A stretch of DNA of 64,000 nucleotides from Chloroflexota bacterium. Lineage in GTDB: Bacteria > Chloroflexota > Anaerolineae > Anaerolineales > Anaerolineaceae. The notes below the pieces were generated by a model. The model did no database searches, had not been told where the DNA came from, and saw only the letters and a list, made by a program, of their open reading frames with translations. Shown piece after piece: positions 44,240 through 53,558 of the stretch. The position numbers and the translations under genes were made by a program. Positions within the stretch are counted from its first letter, which is position 1, and every line of letters begins with the position of its first letter. Where the stretch lies: positions 2,207-66,206 of the forward strand of contig JAEKNU010000018.1 in the NCBI GenBank assembly GCA_016838895.1, in the 5' to 3' direction.

Positions 44240-46771
44240 ATGAAAGTACTTTATTCCTGGTTAAAAGATTATGTAGATATTGATCTGTCGATCATTGATT
44301 TGGCGCGCCTGCTCACCCGAACCGGTATGGAAGTTGAAAACATCAGCGTGGTGGGTATGGAAATGCCGCAAATGGAACGCCGTGAATTCAAAATGTCCGG
44401 GTTGGAATGGGCACGCGATAAATTCGTGGTTGCCAGAATTGACGAAGTCATGCCGCACCCGGATGCCGATCGCCTGGTACTGTGTAAATTGTTCGACGGC
44501 GAAGTGGAACATGTTGTGCTCACCGGTGCCCCGGACTTGTATCCTTATAAAGGAAAAGGTCCCCTGGATCCACCTATCATGGTGGCGTATGCCAAAGAAG
44601 GTGCGGTGCTGTATGATGGTCACAAGCCTGGCCGTGAAACAACCAAACTGAAACGTGCCAAAATCCGCGGCGTGGAATCCTACTCCATGGTTTGTTCCGA
44701 GAAGGAACTGGGCATTTCCGACGAACACGAAGGTATTATCCATCTGGACGCGGATGCCCCCGTGGGTATGCCGCTAATGGATTACATGGGCGACGCCGTT
44801 TTTGAATTTGAGATTCTGCCCAATATGATCCGTAACGCCAGCGTTGTCGGGGTTGCTCGTGAAGTGGCGGCAGTATTGGGTTTACCCATGCGTAAACCGC
44901 AGATCAAAAGTAAAGCCAGTGGACCTGCTGTGCAGGGCAAGGCTGTCATACAAATTGACGATAGCAATCTCAATCCGCGCTTTGTGGCGGGTCTCATTGA
45001 AAACGTAAAACAAATTCCCAGTCCTTATCTCATTCAGCGTCGATTGCGCCTGAGCGGGATGCGTCCGATTAACGCCGTGGTAGATGCCACCAACTATGCT
45101 ATGTTAGAAGTTGGTCAGCCTTTGCACGCCTATGACTATGATGTATTAGTCAAGCGAGCTGGCGGTAAGGTACCCACCGTCATTACTCGCCCCGCCGCAG
45201 ATGGTGAAAAAATTACCACCCTGGATGATGTCACCCATACCCTCTCACCTGAGATGATTGTAGTCGCTGATAGCGCCGGATCGTTGGGTCTGGCTGGTGT
45301 GATGGGTGGTTTGGAAAGTGAAATTACTGATAAAACCACAACTGTGCTGTTGGAGGGTGCTTCCTGGAACTTCATCAATGTGCGCCGCGCAATTGCCAAA
45401 ACGCGCATCAGCTCAGAGGCAGGCTATCGCTTCTCACGCGGTATTCACCCGGCATTGTGCTCCGAGGGTGTCGCGCAATGTCTGGATTACATGGCTTTGT
45501 GGAGCGGTGGTTCAGTTTCAGAGGGGCTGATTGACGAATATCCCAATCCTGCCGAAGATTCCGTGGTTACCCTGACCATTGAAAAAATCAACCGTTTCCT
45601 GGGTATTGAAAGCACTGCCGAGGAAATCGCTGAATTATTACGCTGTCTGGAATTTGAATGTGATGTAGCCAATGGCACATTGACCGTCAAAACACCCCCA
45701 CATCGTCTGGATATTGGCGAAGGCGTGATCGGTGAAGCGGATGTATTGGAAGAAATCGCGCGTATGTATGGCTACGATAATATCGCAGCCACGCGCCTTT
45801 CGGATAGTCTGCCCAAACAACGCGGTAATTATGCCCTGGAAGCTGAAGAGCATGTCCGTGATTTACTGGTTTCAATGGGTTTGCAGGAAGTGATGACCTA
45901 TCGCCTGACTTCCAAAGAAAGTGAAGCAAAATTGATTCCGGCGGATGCAGCGCAGGAAGAACAGCCCTATGTAACCTTGATCAATCCCATCACCGTGGAT
46001 CGTGTGGTCATGCGCCGGCGAATATTGCCCGGCATCATGGAAGTACTGGAGCGCAATGCCCGTCTGGCTGAACGTCAGGCCATCTTTGAAATTGGTCCCG
46101 TATATCTGCCAGTGGAAGGTGAAAAATTACCAGAGGAACCGTTGAAACTCTCAGTAGCCATGATGGGGAAACGGCTGCCCTCGGCCTGGGATCAGAAACT
46201 GGATGAAATGATCGATTTCTATGACATGAAGGGCATTCTGGAAAGTCTTCTGGATGCGCTGCATGCCGAGAAGGTTCAGTTTATCCCGGCCAAAGAGGCA
46301 ACGTATCATCCTGGCAAATGCGCCGAGATTCTGGTGGATGGGCAATCCATTGGGGTATTTGGTGAAATGCATCCACAGTTGGTGCAGACCTTTGATGTAG
46401 CCGACAGCGCGGTGATTTTAGCCGAGCTGGATCTACAAATGATGCTGAATGTGCTGCCCGATCGTTTTGAAATCACTGCCGTGCCGCAGTACCCGCCGGT
46501 CTATGAAGACCTGGCGATTATCGTGGATGAAGGCGTAGCTGCAGCTGATATCGAAGCTGTCATTCGTAAAGCGGGTGGTAAACTGCTTTATGATGTGCAG
46601 TTGTTTGACATTTATCGCGGTAAACAAATCGGGGAAGGCAAGAAAAGCCTGGCTTACAGCCTGGTTTATCTGGCCCCTGATCGTACATTGACGGTAACTG
46701 AAGTGGAAAAAATTCGCCGCAAGGTTATCACTTTGCTGGAACGTGAATTAGAGGCAGTATTGCGAAGTTAA
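44240..46771 (+). CDS. pheT: phenylalanine--tRNA ligase beta subunit
   Basis: 843 aa. The N-terminus is MKVLYSWLKDYVDIDLS, and tRNA-binding, B3/4, B5 and FDX-ACB regions occur in order. It starts 5 nt after pheS. Confidence 0.9.
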   Translation: MKVLYSWLKDYVDIDLSIIDLARLLTRTGMEVENISVVGMEMPQMERREFKMSGLEWARDKFVVARIDEVMPHPDADRLVLCKLFDGEVEHVVLTGAPDLYPYKGKGPLDPPIMVAYAKEGAVLYDGHKPGRETTKLKRAKIRGVESYSMVCSEKELGISDEHEGIIHLDADAPVGMPLMDYMGDAVFEFEILPNMIRNASVVGVAREVAAVLGLPMRKPQIKSKASGPAVQGKAVIQIDDSNLNPRFVAGLIENVKQIPSPYLIQRRLRLSGMRPINAVVDATNYAMLEVGQPLHAYDYDVLVKRAGGKVPTVITRPAADGEKITTLDDVTHTLSPEMIVVADSAGSLGLAGVMGGLESEITDKTTTVLLEGASWNFINVRRAIAKTRISSEAGYRFSRGIHPALCSEGVAQCLDYMALWSGGSVSEGLIDEYPNPAEDSVVTLTIEKINRFLGIESTAEEIAELLRCLEFECDVANGTLTVKTPPHRLDIGEGVIGEADVLEEIARMYGYDNIAATRLSDSLPKQRGNYALEAEEHVRDLLVSMGLQEVMTYRLTSKESEAKLIPADAAQEEQPYVTLINPITVDRVVMRRRILPGIMEVLERNARLAERQAIFEIGPVYLPVEGEKLPEEPLKLSVAMMGKRLPSAWDQKLDEMIDFYDMKGILESLLDALHAEKVQFIPAKEATYHPGKCAEILVDGQSIGVFGEMHPQLVQTFDVADSAVILAELDLQMMLNVLPDRFEITAVPQYPPVYEDLAIIVDEGVAAADIEAVIRKAGGKLLYDVQLFDIYRGKQIGEGKKSLAYSLVYLAPDRTLTVTEVEKIRRKVITLLERELEAVLRS

Positions 46772-46905
46772 TTAAATATAGGTTGGGTTGAACCGGAAAC
46801 TACCGGTTTACCCCAACACTTTCCAAGTACCAGATATTTTAAAATTTCATATATCTTTTACAAATTGATAATTTTCGTCAAAATGGCGAGAGGCAAACCC
46901 CGCCA

Positions 46906-46947
46906 CATAACCGTAGGGATAATTCATGAATTATCCCTACGGTTATG
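46906..46947. terminator. perfect 42-nt palindrome (19-bp stem hairpin) between convergent genes
   Basis: cataaccgtagggataattca / tgaattatccctacggttatg is exactly self-complementary. It is followed by a partial echo, aattatccttactgg. Confidence 0.55.
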
Positions 46948-46973
46948 AATTATCCTTACTGGTTCCAGAACAT

Positions 46974-47525
46974 CTATTGTGTCACCAACAATCCCATCAC
47001 TGGTAATATCAATCCAATAGCAAACACAATGCCATAAACCCAACCCTGCCATTTCTTTTCTGGATGATTCACCCACTGATATGTGAGGACGGATAACAAG
47101 AAAGCCTGACCAAACACTTCAATCATGCCTAAGCCAAATTGCGAGATGCCTAATTTAGTATAAACAAAACCTTCAATAGATCCTGGGGCGGCACCAAACG
47201 TCGAGAGAATCCCGACAAACACCAGCATAATCCAGGCGATCAGCCAGCCGTTTTTACGCGAAAATAAAATATCTCGCAGTAAAAAGAAAACCACACCAAA
47301 AAGAATACCGCGCAGGGGTTGGAAAAGGACACCCGCCATCACCATCGGATGGTCGGTCGGACGCATATAGCCTGACAATGCACCACTGGCGAATTCCTCG
47401 GTATAGTTGAATAAGGTAAAAGCAATGATGCCCATTAGAAAATAGGTAATGGTATGAATCACAGTTGTTTTTGATAAGATAGACCAGATACTATATTTAT
47501 TTTCATTCATGGTTGATTTCTCCAT
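46974..47525 (-). CDS. hypothetical polytopic membrane protein
   Basis: 183 aa with ~5 hydrophobic helices and no motif recognised. Confidence 0.55.
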   Translation of the reverse strand: MEKSTMNENKYSIWSILSKTTVIHTITYFLMGIIAFTLFNYTEEFASGALSGYMRPTDHPMVMAGVLFQPLRGILFGVVFFLLRDILFSRKNGWLIAWIMLVFVGILSTFGAAPGSIEGFVYTKLGISQFGLGMIEVFGQAFLLSVLTYQWVNHPEKKWQGWVYGIVFAIGLILPVMGLLVTQ

Positions 47526-47630
47526 TTGTACTTGATTATTAATAGCTTTTTGAATAAAACTTGATTGAACTTATATCATGATATACAGTTTTCTATCCAC
47601 GCACATCGTACCAACCAATCCCACCAATAG

Positions 47631-47658
47631 CCAAATGGACATTGTCCATTTGGACAAT
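47631..47658. promoter_or_regulatory. operator-like triple half-site TGGACA / TGTCCA / TGGACA
   Basis: ccaaatggaca-t-tgtccatttgg is a perfect 23-nt palindrome (47631-47653). It overlaps a second palindrome, attgtcca-tt-tggacaat (47641-47658). The site lies 105-135 nt upstream of the 46974-47525 gene. Confidence 0.35.
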
Positions 47659-47686
47659 ATAAATGTAGGTTGGGTTGAACCCAACG

Positions 47687-47732
47687 AAAAAATAAAAAAG
47701 GCTGACCCTGATATGGGTCAACCTCATTTTTT
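47687..47732. terminator. bidirectional terminator downstream of the AKR gene
   Basis: Stem ggctgaccc / gggtcaacc (one mismatch) with a 6-nt loop, an A-rich run before it and TTTTTT after it. Confidence 0.6.
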
Positions 47733-47786
47733 CCTACTTGGTACGGCGTCTTATAGCAGAGATTTTACTTCATTAGCTGAAAATAC

Positions 47787-48752
47787 TTATGCGGGCTTTT
47801 TAAATTCTTCAATAATGGTTTCAATGTTTTCCAGAATATCGTCTGTCAGTTTTTCAACCATCTCGGCGGCCATCAGGTTTTCATCCAATTGCTCCAACCG
47901 GGTGGCACCTGTAATAACACTGCTGATTTCCTTGCGGCGCAGAATCCAGGCCAGGGCCAATTGTGCGGTGGTCATTTCCATTTCTTGCGCCAGGGCAGTC
48001 AATTTGCGAATCACTGTAATCCGTTCAGGCGTGATGTCGTCATTAATCCATGCCACATCGTCCAAAGTGGCGCGGCTGCCAGCCGGAATACCTTCATTAT
48101 ATTTACCGGAAAGCAAACCAAAATATAATGGGCTCCAGGTGGTTAATCCCAGTCCGTATTCTTTTACCAGTGGATCCAGTTCAATCTCCACACGGTTGCG
48201 ATGAATCATATTGTATTGAGGTTGTTCGACAACCGGTGCAATCAGATTATACTGTTTGGCCGTACCAATCGCCATGGCAACTTGTGAAGCTTCCCACATG
48301 GAAGTGCCCCAATAGAGAATCTTTCCCTGTCGAACCAAGATATCCATGGTTCGGCATACTTCTTCAATCGATGTATCAGGGTCATAGCGGTGACAAAAAT
48401 ATAGATCAATATAATCTGTATTCAAACGCTTTAGCGTAGCATGAATGGATTCCATGATGTGTTTGCGTGAAAGTCCGCGGCCATTGGGTCCCGGCATGGT
48501 TGGCCAGAAGACCTTGCTGCTCAGCACCAATGCCTCACGCGGTAGATCTTTTATGGCATTTCCCATCATGATTTCAGCCTGACCATTGGCATAAATATCG
48601 GCGTTGTCAAAGAAGTTGATTCCCTGATCAAAACCGGTGTTAATCAAATCTGATGCTAGTTTGCTATCCAGTTGGTTTCCAAAAGTTATCCAGGCGCCCA
48701 GTGAAAGTTCGCTGACCTTTAAACCACTGCGCCCAAGTCGCCGGTAATGCAT
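47787..48752 (-). CDS. aldo/keto reductase (Kv-beta-like subfamily)
   Basis: ATG 48752 follows GGAGGGTATT. The product is MHYRRLGRSGLKVSELSLGAWITFG...FDNADIYANGQAE...YFCHRYD. Confidence 0.85.
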   Translation of the reverse strand: MHYRRLGRSGLKVSELSLGAWITFGNQLDSKLASDLINTGFDQGINFFDNADIYANGQAEIMMGNAIKDLPREALVLSSKVFWPTMPGPNGRGLSRKHIMESIHATLKRLNTDYIDLYFCHRYDPDTSIEEVCRTMDILVRQGKILYWGTSMWEASQVAMAIGTAKQYNLIAPVVEQPQYNMIHRNRVEIELDPLVKEYGLGLTTWSPLYFGLLSGKYNEGIPAGSRATLDDVAWINDDITPERITVIRKLTALAQEMEMTTAQLALAWILRRKEISSVITGATRLEQLDENLMAAEMVEKLTDDILENIETIIEEFKKPA

Positions 48753-48812
48753 AATACCCTCCAAATTTTGTACTCAAATTCTATATTACCGCAAATCGTG
48801 ATAATATGCCTG

Positions 48813-50144
48813 TTATTCTTCTGATCCAATACCCAGCGGTTTCCATTTACTGGCATCTCCTCGCAAGCGGTGTTGTTCTTCACTGCGGCTGTGTGTTTCA
48901 AGGAAATGTTGTGGAATAATACCAAAAGATTCACCTTCCAGTAAACCATGTATACCGCTTTGACCTAACTCCTGACGTTTGCTCTGGCAGTATTGACAAT
49001 TTTTAACGTCGTGTTTCTGGTAAGTATCTGGTTCCTCGTATGCTGTGATATATCCTTCATAATTACGTAATACGATTTTATGATCTGATTGTGAGATTAA
49101 GTAGGTTGGTCCTACGGGAATCTTTCCACCGCCACCGGGTGCATCCACCACAAACGTGGGTATTGCATATCCTGAGGTGTGCCCGCGCAATCCTTCAATG
49201 ATTTCAATGCCCTTGGAAACCGGGGTGCGGAAATGTCCGGCACCTGGTACCAGATCACATTGATAGAGATAGTATGGACGCACACGGATTTTGACCAGAT
49301 CATGCACCAGTTTGCGTTGAATATGCACACAATCGTTTACGCCGGCTAATAGTACCGACTGATTTCCCAGTGGAATACCAGCACGGGATAATTTATCGCA
49401 GGCTTCAGCCAATTCTGTTGTAATTTCGTTGGGGTGATTGACGTGAATATTCATCCACAATGGATGGAATTGAGAGAGCATGTCGCATAATTCATCGGTC
49501 ACACGCATGGGCATAAATACTGGTGTGCGGGTGCCTAGTCGGATAATTTCAATATGCGGAATCTCCCTCAGACGGGTAAGCAATTCCTCCAGGATGGATG
49601 GTTTTAGGGTCAATGGATCCCCGCCGGAGAGCAGCACATCGCGGATTTGCGGTGTGCGCTTCAGATATTCAATTTGTGCATTAAATTCGGCTTTGGAGAA
49701 TGTTTCCATCGGATCGCCAACAATGCGTGAGCGCGTGCAATAGCGGCAGTATGAAGCACATTGCGTGGTTACCAGCATCAAGGCACGGTCCGGATAGCGA
49801 TGAACTAAACCGGGAACTGGTGAATCACGATCTTCTGCTAATGAGTCATCCATCATGCCGGTAAATGGAACAATCTCACCTTCCAGCGGAATTACCTGTT
49901 TGCGGATGGGGTCATCGGGGTCATTCGGGTCAATCAATGAAACAAAATAAGGAGTAATATCAACCCGGAACAGATCGGATTTTGAAAGCCCCTTTTTTTC
50001 ACTTTCGCTTAGTTGCAGAATTTGCTCAAAATCTTCAACAGAGTTCAAACGATGGCTGAGCTGCCAGCGCCAATCGCTCCATTTTTCCTTGGGAACATCA
50101 TTGTATTGTGCTGCGATTTTTGAAGCGAATCCTAAATCCTTCAT
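48813..50144 (-). CDS. kamA: KamA-family radical SAM enzyme (lysine 2,3-aminomutase-like)
   Basis: 443 aa with the CASYCRYCTRS (CxxxCxxC) cluster, SGGDPL, and a PLP-lysine region typical of KamA/AblA. A ~40-aa C-terminal extension is present. Confidence 0.8.
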   Translation of the reverse strand: MKDLGFASKIAAQYNDVPKEKWSDWRWQLSHRLNSVEDFEQILQLSESEKKGLSKSDLFRVDITPYFVSLIDPNDPDDPIRKQVIPLEGEIVPFTGMMDDSLAEDRDSPVPGLVHRYPDRALMLVTTQCASYCRYCTRSRIVGDPMETFSKAEFNAQIEYLKRTPQIRDVLLSGGDPLTLKPSILEELLTRLREIPHIEIIRLGTRTPVFMPMRVTDELCDMLSQFHPLWMNIHVNHPNEITTELAEACDKLSRAGIPLGNQSVLLAGVNDCVHIQRKLVHDLVKIRVRPYYLYQCDLVPGAGHFRTPVSKGIEIIEGLRGHTSGYAIPTFVVDAPGGGGKIPVGPTYLISQSDHKIVLRNYEGYITAYEEPDTYQKHDVKNCQYCQSKRQELGQSGIHGLLEGESFGIIPQHFLETHSRSEEQHRLRGDASKWKPLGIGSEE

Positions 50145-50234
50145 GCAATTACTCCTCTGTCGGTAAAAGATATCGGTTGCTGGAAAAACAATTGACAGTA
50201 CATCCCGTCATCAACAATCATTATAAAGTGCTAT

Positions 50235-50263
50235 ATTGTAATGAACTTTCAATCAGTGTTCAA
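50235..50263 (-). promoter_or_regulatory. promoter TTGAAC-N17-TACAAT for kamA
   Basis: On the minus strand, the -35 is at 50263-50258 and the -10 at 50240-50235, about 90 nt upstream of ATG 50144. Confidence 0.5.
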
Positions 50264-50349
50264 TCTGTACTGATTCCCCCCATAATATGCCGCTTCTTAA
50301 TTATATAAGTTCTTGTCATCTTGCGCTACTGACAAAAAACACTTATATG

Positions 50350-50405
50350 TGTAACACTTATTGCATTTAACGAAAAATAATAGTAAAATGTAATAAGTGT
50401 TACAT
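50350..50405 (+). promoter_or_regulatory. promoter TTGCAT-N17-TAAAAT embraced by a 17-bp inverted repeat (operator candidate)
   Basis: The arms tgtaacacttattgcat (50350-50366) and atgtaataagtgttaca (50388-50404) carry one mismatch. The left arm covers the -35 (50361-50366) and the right arm starts in the last 2 nt of the -10 (50384-50389) and runs downstream of it. Confidence 0.5.
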
Positions 50406-50416
50406 TTGGAGATGTT

Positions 50417-51013
50417 ATGGATTATCAATGGTTACTATTTTGTCCACAGTTACCAGCCACACCGTCCAGCCCGCGGGTGACAATTTGGCGCAGGATGCGC
50501 TCTGCTGGTGCGATTGGGTTGGATAATGGGCTTTGGCTGCTGCCGCATAATGACTCTTCTGTACAAATGATGCAGGAAATGAGCGACTATGTCACTCAAT
50601 CTGGCGGAAGCAGTAAAACCTTTTTATCTAATGCATTTGATGAAGCCACGGAACAAAGCATTCTGGAACGTTTTCATCAGGACCGCGCAGAAGAATATGC
50701 AGAATTCAAGGAACAGTGCGCAGATTTTTTGGCTGAGATTGAAAAGGAAACCAAGCGCAAGAACTTTAGTTTCGCCGAATTTGAAGAGAACGAGCAAGAT
50801 CTCAACAAGCTGGTAAATTGGCTGGTGAAGGTGAAAAACCGTGATTTTCTGGGTAGTCCACATGCAGCAGAAGCTGATCAGTGGCTGGAAAAATGTCAGG
50901 AAATCTTCCAACAATTCGCTGATGAAGTTTACAACAACGAAGATTCAGATCACAACAGCAAAATGCGCTTTGATCCGGGTCCAGTAATTGATTCAGAGAC
51001 CAGGGATGAATAA
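50417..51013 (+). CDS. ChrB N-terminal-domain-like protein
   Basis: 198 aa. CPQLPATPSSPRVTIWRRMRSAGAIGLDNGLWLLPHN matches the ChrB pattern (Psspss-Rv-vWRrl...Ga..l.dgvw.LP). Confidence 0.6.
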   Translation: MDYQWLLFCPQLPATPSSPRVTIWRRMRSAGAIGLDNGLWLLPHNDSSVQMMQEMSDYVTQSGGSSKTFLSNAFDEATEQSILERFHQDRAEEYAEFKEQCADFLAEIEKETKRKNFSFAEFEENEQDLNKLVNWLVKVKNRDFLGSPHAAEADQWLEKCQEIFQQFADEVYNNEDSDHNSKMRFDPGPVIDSETRDE

Positions 51014-51048
51014 GCTCACCCAAAGAATACAAAATATTGAGAGGTAGC

Positions 51049-52296
51049 ATGGCAGAAGAAAAAGACAATACGATTGCAAAAATAAAAAAATTGCCCCGCA
51101 ATGTGTGGGCGGTAGGCTTTACCAGCTTTTTTATGGATGTTTCCAGTGAGATGGTGATTAACATCATCCCTCTCTTTTTGGCCAATGTGTTAGGTGTACA
51201 AACTGCGATTATTGGTTTGATTGAAGGGTTAGCTGAAGCCACAGCCAGTATCCTGAAGTTATTTTCAGGCTGGCTCTCGGATAAAGTGGGTGGTCGAAAA
51301 TGGCTGGCTGTATTGGGTTATGCTTTCTCGGCCTTCACCAAACCTTTTTTCTATTATGCCAACACCTGGGGGACAATCGCCGGCGTGCGCTGGACAGACC
51401 GTGTGGGAAAAGGAATCCGAACTGCACCACGAGATGCGCTGGTGGCGGATTCGGTTACAAAAGAAACGCGCGGGTTGGCTTTTGGTTTTCACCGCGCCAT
51501 GGATACTGCCGGGGCCATGTTTGGATTGATTATTGCTGCCATCATTGTTTGGTTGGCACAAGCAAATAATCTGGATTTAACCCGCCCAACTTTTCAGATG
51601 ATTGTGCTGTTCAGTTTAATCCCGGCGTTTCTGGCAGTATTCTCACTGATTATTGGTGCGAAGGACGTGCCGGTAAACAAAGAAGCCAACTTGCCAAAAT
51701 TTTCTTTTCGCAATATGGGGAAACCCTTTATGATTTATCTGGCCATTGTGGGTGTTTTTACATTGGGCAATTCTTCGGATGCTTTTCTGGTGCTGCGTGC
51801 ACAAAATTTGGGCGTATCTGTGTTGGGTATATTATTGATGCTGGTGGTGTTTAATTTACTATATTCAGTGATTTCTGTACCCGCAGGTTCCCTGTCCGAT
51901 CGGGTGGGCCGTCGGCGTTTGATCATCGGCGGTTGGCTGGTTTATGCGCTGATCTATTTCGGGTTTGCCATCTCAAACCAGGCCTGGCAGGTATGGGTAC
52001 TGTATGTGGTATATGGTTTGTATTATGGGCTGGCATATGGCACAGCCAATGCACTGGTCGCTGATCTGGTTCCTGAAAATATGCGCGGCACTGCTTATGG
52101 CACTTATAATGCGATTATTGGACTGTTGGCTTTTCCTTCTTCAGTCATAGCCGGATTGTTGTGGCAGGGTGCTGGCAGTTGGCCGGGTTTTGGGGCATCT
52201 GCGCCATTTTATTTCGGTGCTGCACTGGCATTACTTTCAGCTTTGCTTATGGTTTTCTGGATGCCGAAAGAAAGTATAGGGAAAACAACGACGTAG
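51049..52296 (+). CDS. MFS transporter
   Basis: About 415 aa from ATG 51049 (GAGG upstream) with 12 predicted helices and an SDRVGRRRL loop. Confidence 0.8.
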   Translation: MAEEKDNTIAKIKKLPRNVWAVGFTSFFMDVSSEMVINIIPLFLANVLGVQTAIIGLIEGLAEATASILKLFSGWLSDKVGGRKWLAVLGYAFSAFTKPFFYYANTWGTIAGVRWTDRVGKGIRTAPRDALVADSVTKETRGLAFGFHRAMDTAGAMFGLIIAAIIVWLAQANNLDLTRPTFQMIVLFSLIPAFLAVFSLIIGAKDVPVNKEANLPKFSFRNMGKPFMIYLAIVGVFTLGNSSDAFLVLRAQNLGVSVLGILLMLVVFNLLYSVISVPAGSLSDRVGRRRLIIGGWLVYALIYFGFAISNQAWQVWVLYVVYGLYYGLAYGTANALVADLVPENMRGTAYGTYNAIIGLLAFPSSVIAGLLWQGAGSWPGFGASAPFYFGAALALLSALLMVFWMPKESIGKTTT

Positions 52297-52323
52297 AAGC
52301 TATTAGATTCAGAAAAATGAGTA

Positions 52324-52356
52324 AAAATCCGGTGGAAATCTAGCCGGATTTTTATC
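52324..52356 (+). terminator. rho-independent terminator
   Basis: 9-bp stem aaaatccgg / ccggatttt with an 11-nt loop and a T-run. Confidence 0.6.
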
Positions 52357-52414
52357 TTGAAACCCATCAAAATTTGTAGAATATTAAATTTTTATCAGAA
52401 TGGAATAGGGTAGC

Positions 52415-52443
52415 TTGACGGCAGGATACCCACATGGTATCAT
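52415..52443 (+). promoter_or_regulatory. promoter TTGACG-N17-TATCAT of the heat-shock operon
   Basis: -35 at 52415-52420 and -10 at 52438-52443, with TG at 52435-52436. CIRCE lies 15 nt downstream. Confidence 0.6.
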
Positions 52444-52457
52444 AATTCTATTGAGTT

Positions 52458-52484
52458 TTAGCACTCTAGTGTTGAGAGTGCTAA
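52458..52484. promoter_or_regulatory. CIRCE operator (HrcA binding site)
   Basis: TTAGCACTC-tagtgttga-GAGTGCTAA is a perfect match to the consensus TTAGCACTC-N9-GAGTGCTAA. Confidence 0.95.
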
Positions 52485-52498
52485 AATAAGGAAAGCGA

Positions 52499-53539
52499 GT
52501 GATGGAAAAACTCTCAGAGCGCCAGAAAATGGTATTAAGCATGGTAATTCATGAATATATCCATTCTGCGAGTCCCGTGGGTTCCAAAAACCTGGTGGAG
52601 CGTTACAAAATGGATGTTAGTTCAGCCACCGTGCGTAATGAACTGGCAGCACTGACAGATATGGGCTATTTACAGCAGCCGCATACCTCTGCCGGGCGTG
52701 TGCCCACTGAAGATGGTTACCGTCACTTTGTGGAACGTTTACAACAGGTGACCGATTTACCGGAAAGTGTGCGGCGAATGATAAGTCACCAATTTTACCA
52801 AACGCGTCATGATGTGGAACAATGGGCAAGACTGGCTGCCTCGGTCCTGGCGACCCAATCGCAAGCGGCATCCGTGGTGACTGCCCCCCATCCAATCAGT
52901 GCCAAGTTCAAGCATCTGGAATTGATCGCCACCCATGGTTTACAGGTCTTATTGGTACTGGTATTGTACGGTGGAGAGGTTCATCAACATGTAATCTCGA
53001 TGGATGAACCGGCTACACAGGAACAACTATCTGAAGTTTCCAGAACTTTGACTGACCGATTCCGCGGAATGGTCAGTATTGAAGTGGAACGTAACTTGCA
53101 AGAGTTAGATGGCTTGTCCTCACTATTTGCGGATTATATTTTGGTCAATATGCGTCAGACTGATTCACTCAGTGCTGGCGAGGTATTTATGGATGGTTTA
53201 ACCAATGTGATGGCAGAACCCGAATTTACTGGTTCTAATGAGGTTCGCCGGGCATTGCATTTATTGGAAGAAAGATCATTGCTTAACGAATTACTGGAAC
53301 GCACCATCTTACCGGGAACCATTGGGGGGGTACAGGTGCTGATTGGCGGAGAAGGTATTTTTGACGAATTACGACAATTTTCCGTTATTCTTTCCAGTTA
53401 TGGGGCATCCGGTCTCTCTACCGGTACCATAGGTGTATTAGGACCCATGCGTATGTCGTATGGCCGTTCCATATCCATGGTTCGTTTCCTTTCAAGACTG
53501 ATGAGTGACCTGGTGGTTGAGACACTTGGAGATTATTAA
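52499..53539 (+). CDS. hrcA: heat-inducible transcription repressor HrcA
   Basis: 346 aa starting at GTG 52499 or ATG 52502. LSERQKMVLSMVIHEYIHSASPVGSKNLV is the winged-helix N-terminus of HrcA. The gene follows CIRCE. Confidence 0.9.
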   Translation: MMEKLSERQKMVLSMVIHEYIHSASPVGSKNLVERYKMDVSSATVRNELAALTDMGYLQQPHTSAGRVPTEDGYRHFVERLQQVTDLPESVRRMISHQFYQTRHDVEQWARLAASVLATQSQAASVVTAPHPISAKFKHLELIATHGLQVLLVLVLYGGEVHQHVISMDEPATQEQLSEVSRTLTDRFRGMVSIEVERNLQELDGLSSLFADYILVNMRQTDSLSAGEVFMDGLTNVMAEPEFTGSNEVRRALHLLEERSLLNELLERTILPGTIGGVQVLIGGEGIFDELRQFSVILSSYGASGLSTGTIGVLGPMRMSYGRSISMVRFLSRLMSDLVVETLGDY

Positions 53540-53558
53540 AAAGATAGAGGATTGTTTT

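Noticed and set aside
46779-46818. ggttgggttgaacc... segment that looks a little like a tRNA T-arm.
   Set aside because: No acceptor stem, D-arm or anticodon arm can be drawn. It folds as a simple nested hairpin, and the seed recurs at 47666.
47578-48204. 208-aa plus-strand ORF overlapping the terminator and the 3' half of the AKR gene.
   Set aside because: It reads through a bidirectional terminator and is antisense to a strongly supported aldo/keto reductase. It is Ser/Ile-rich with no motif.
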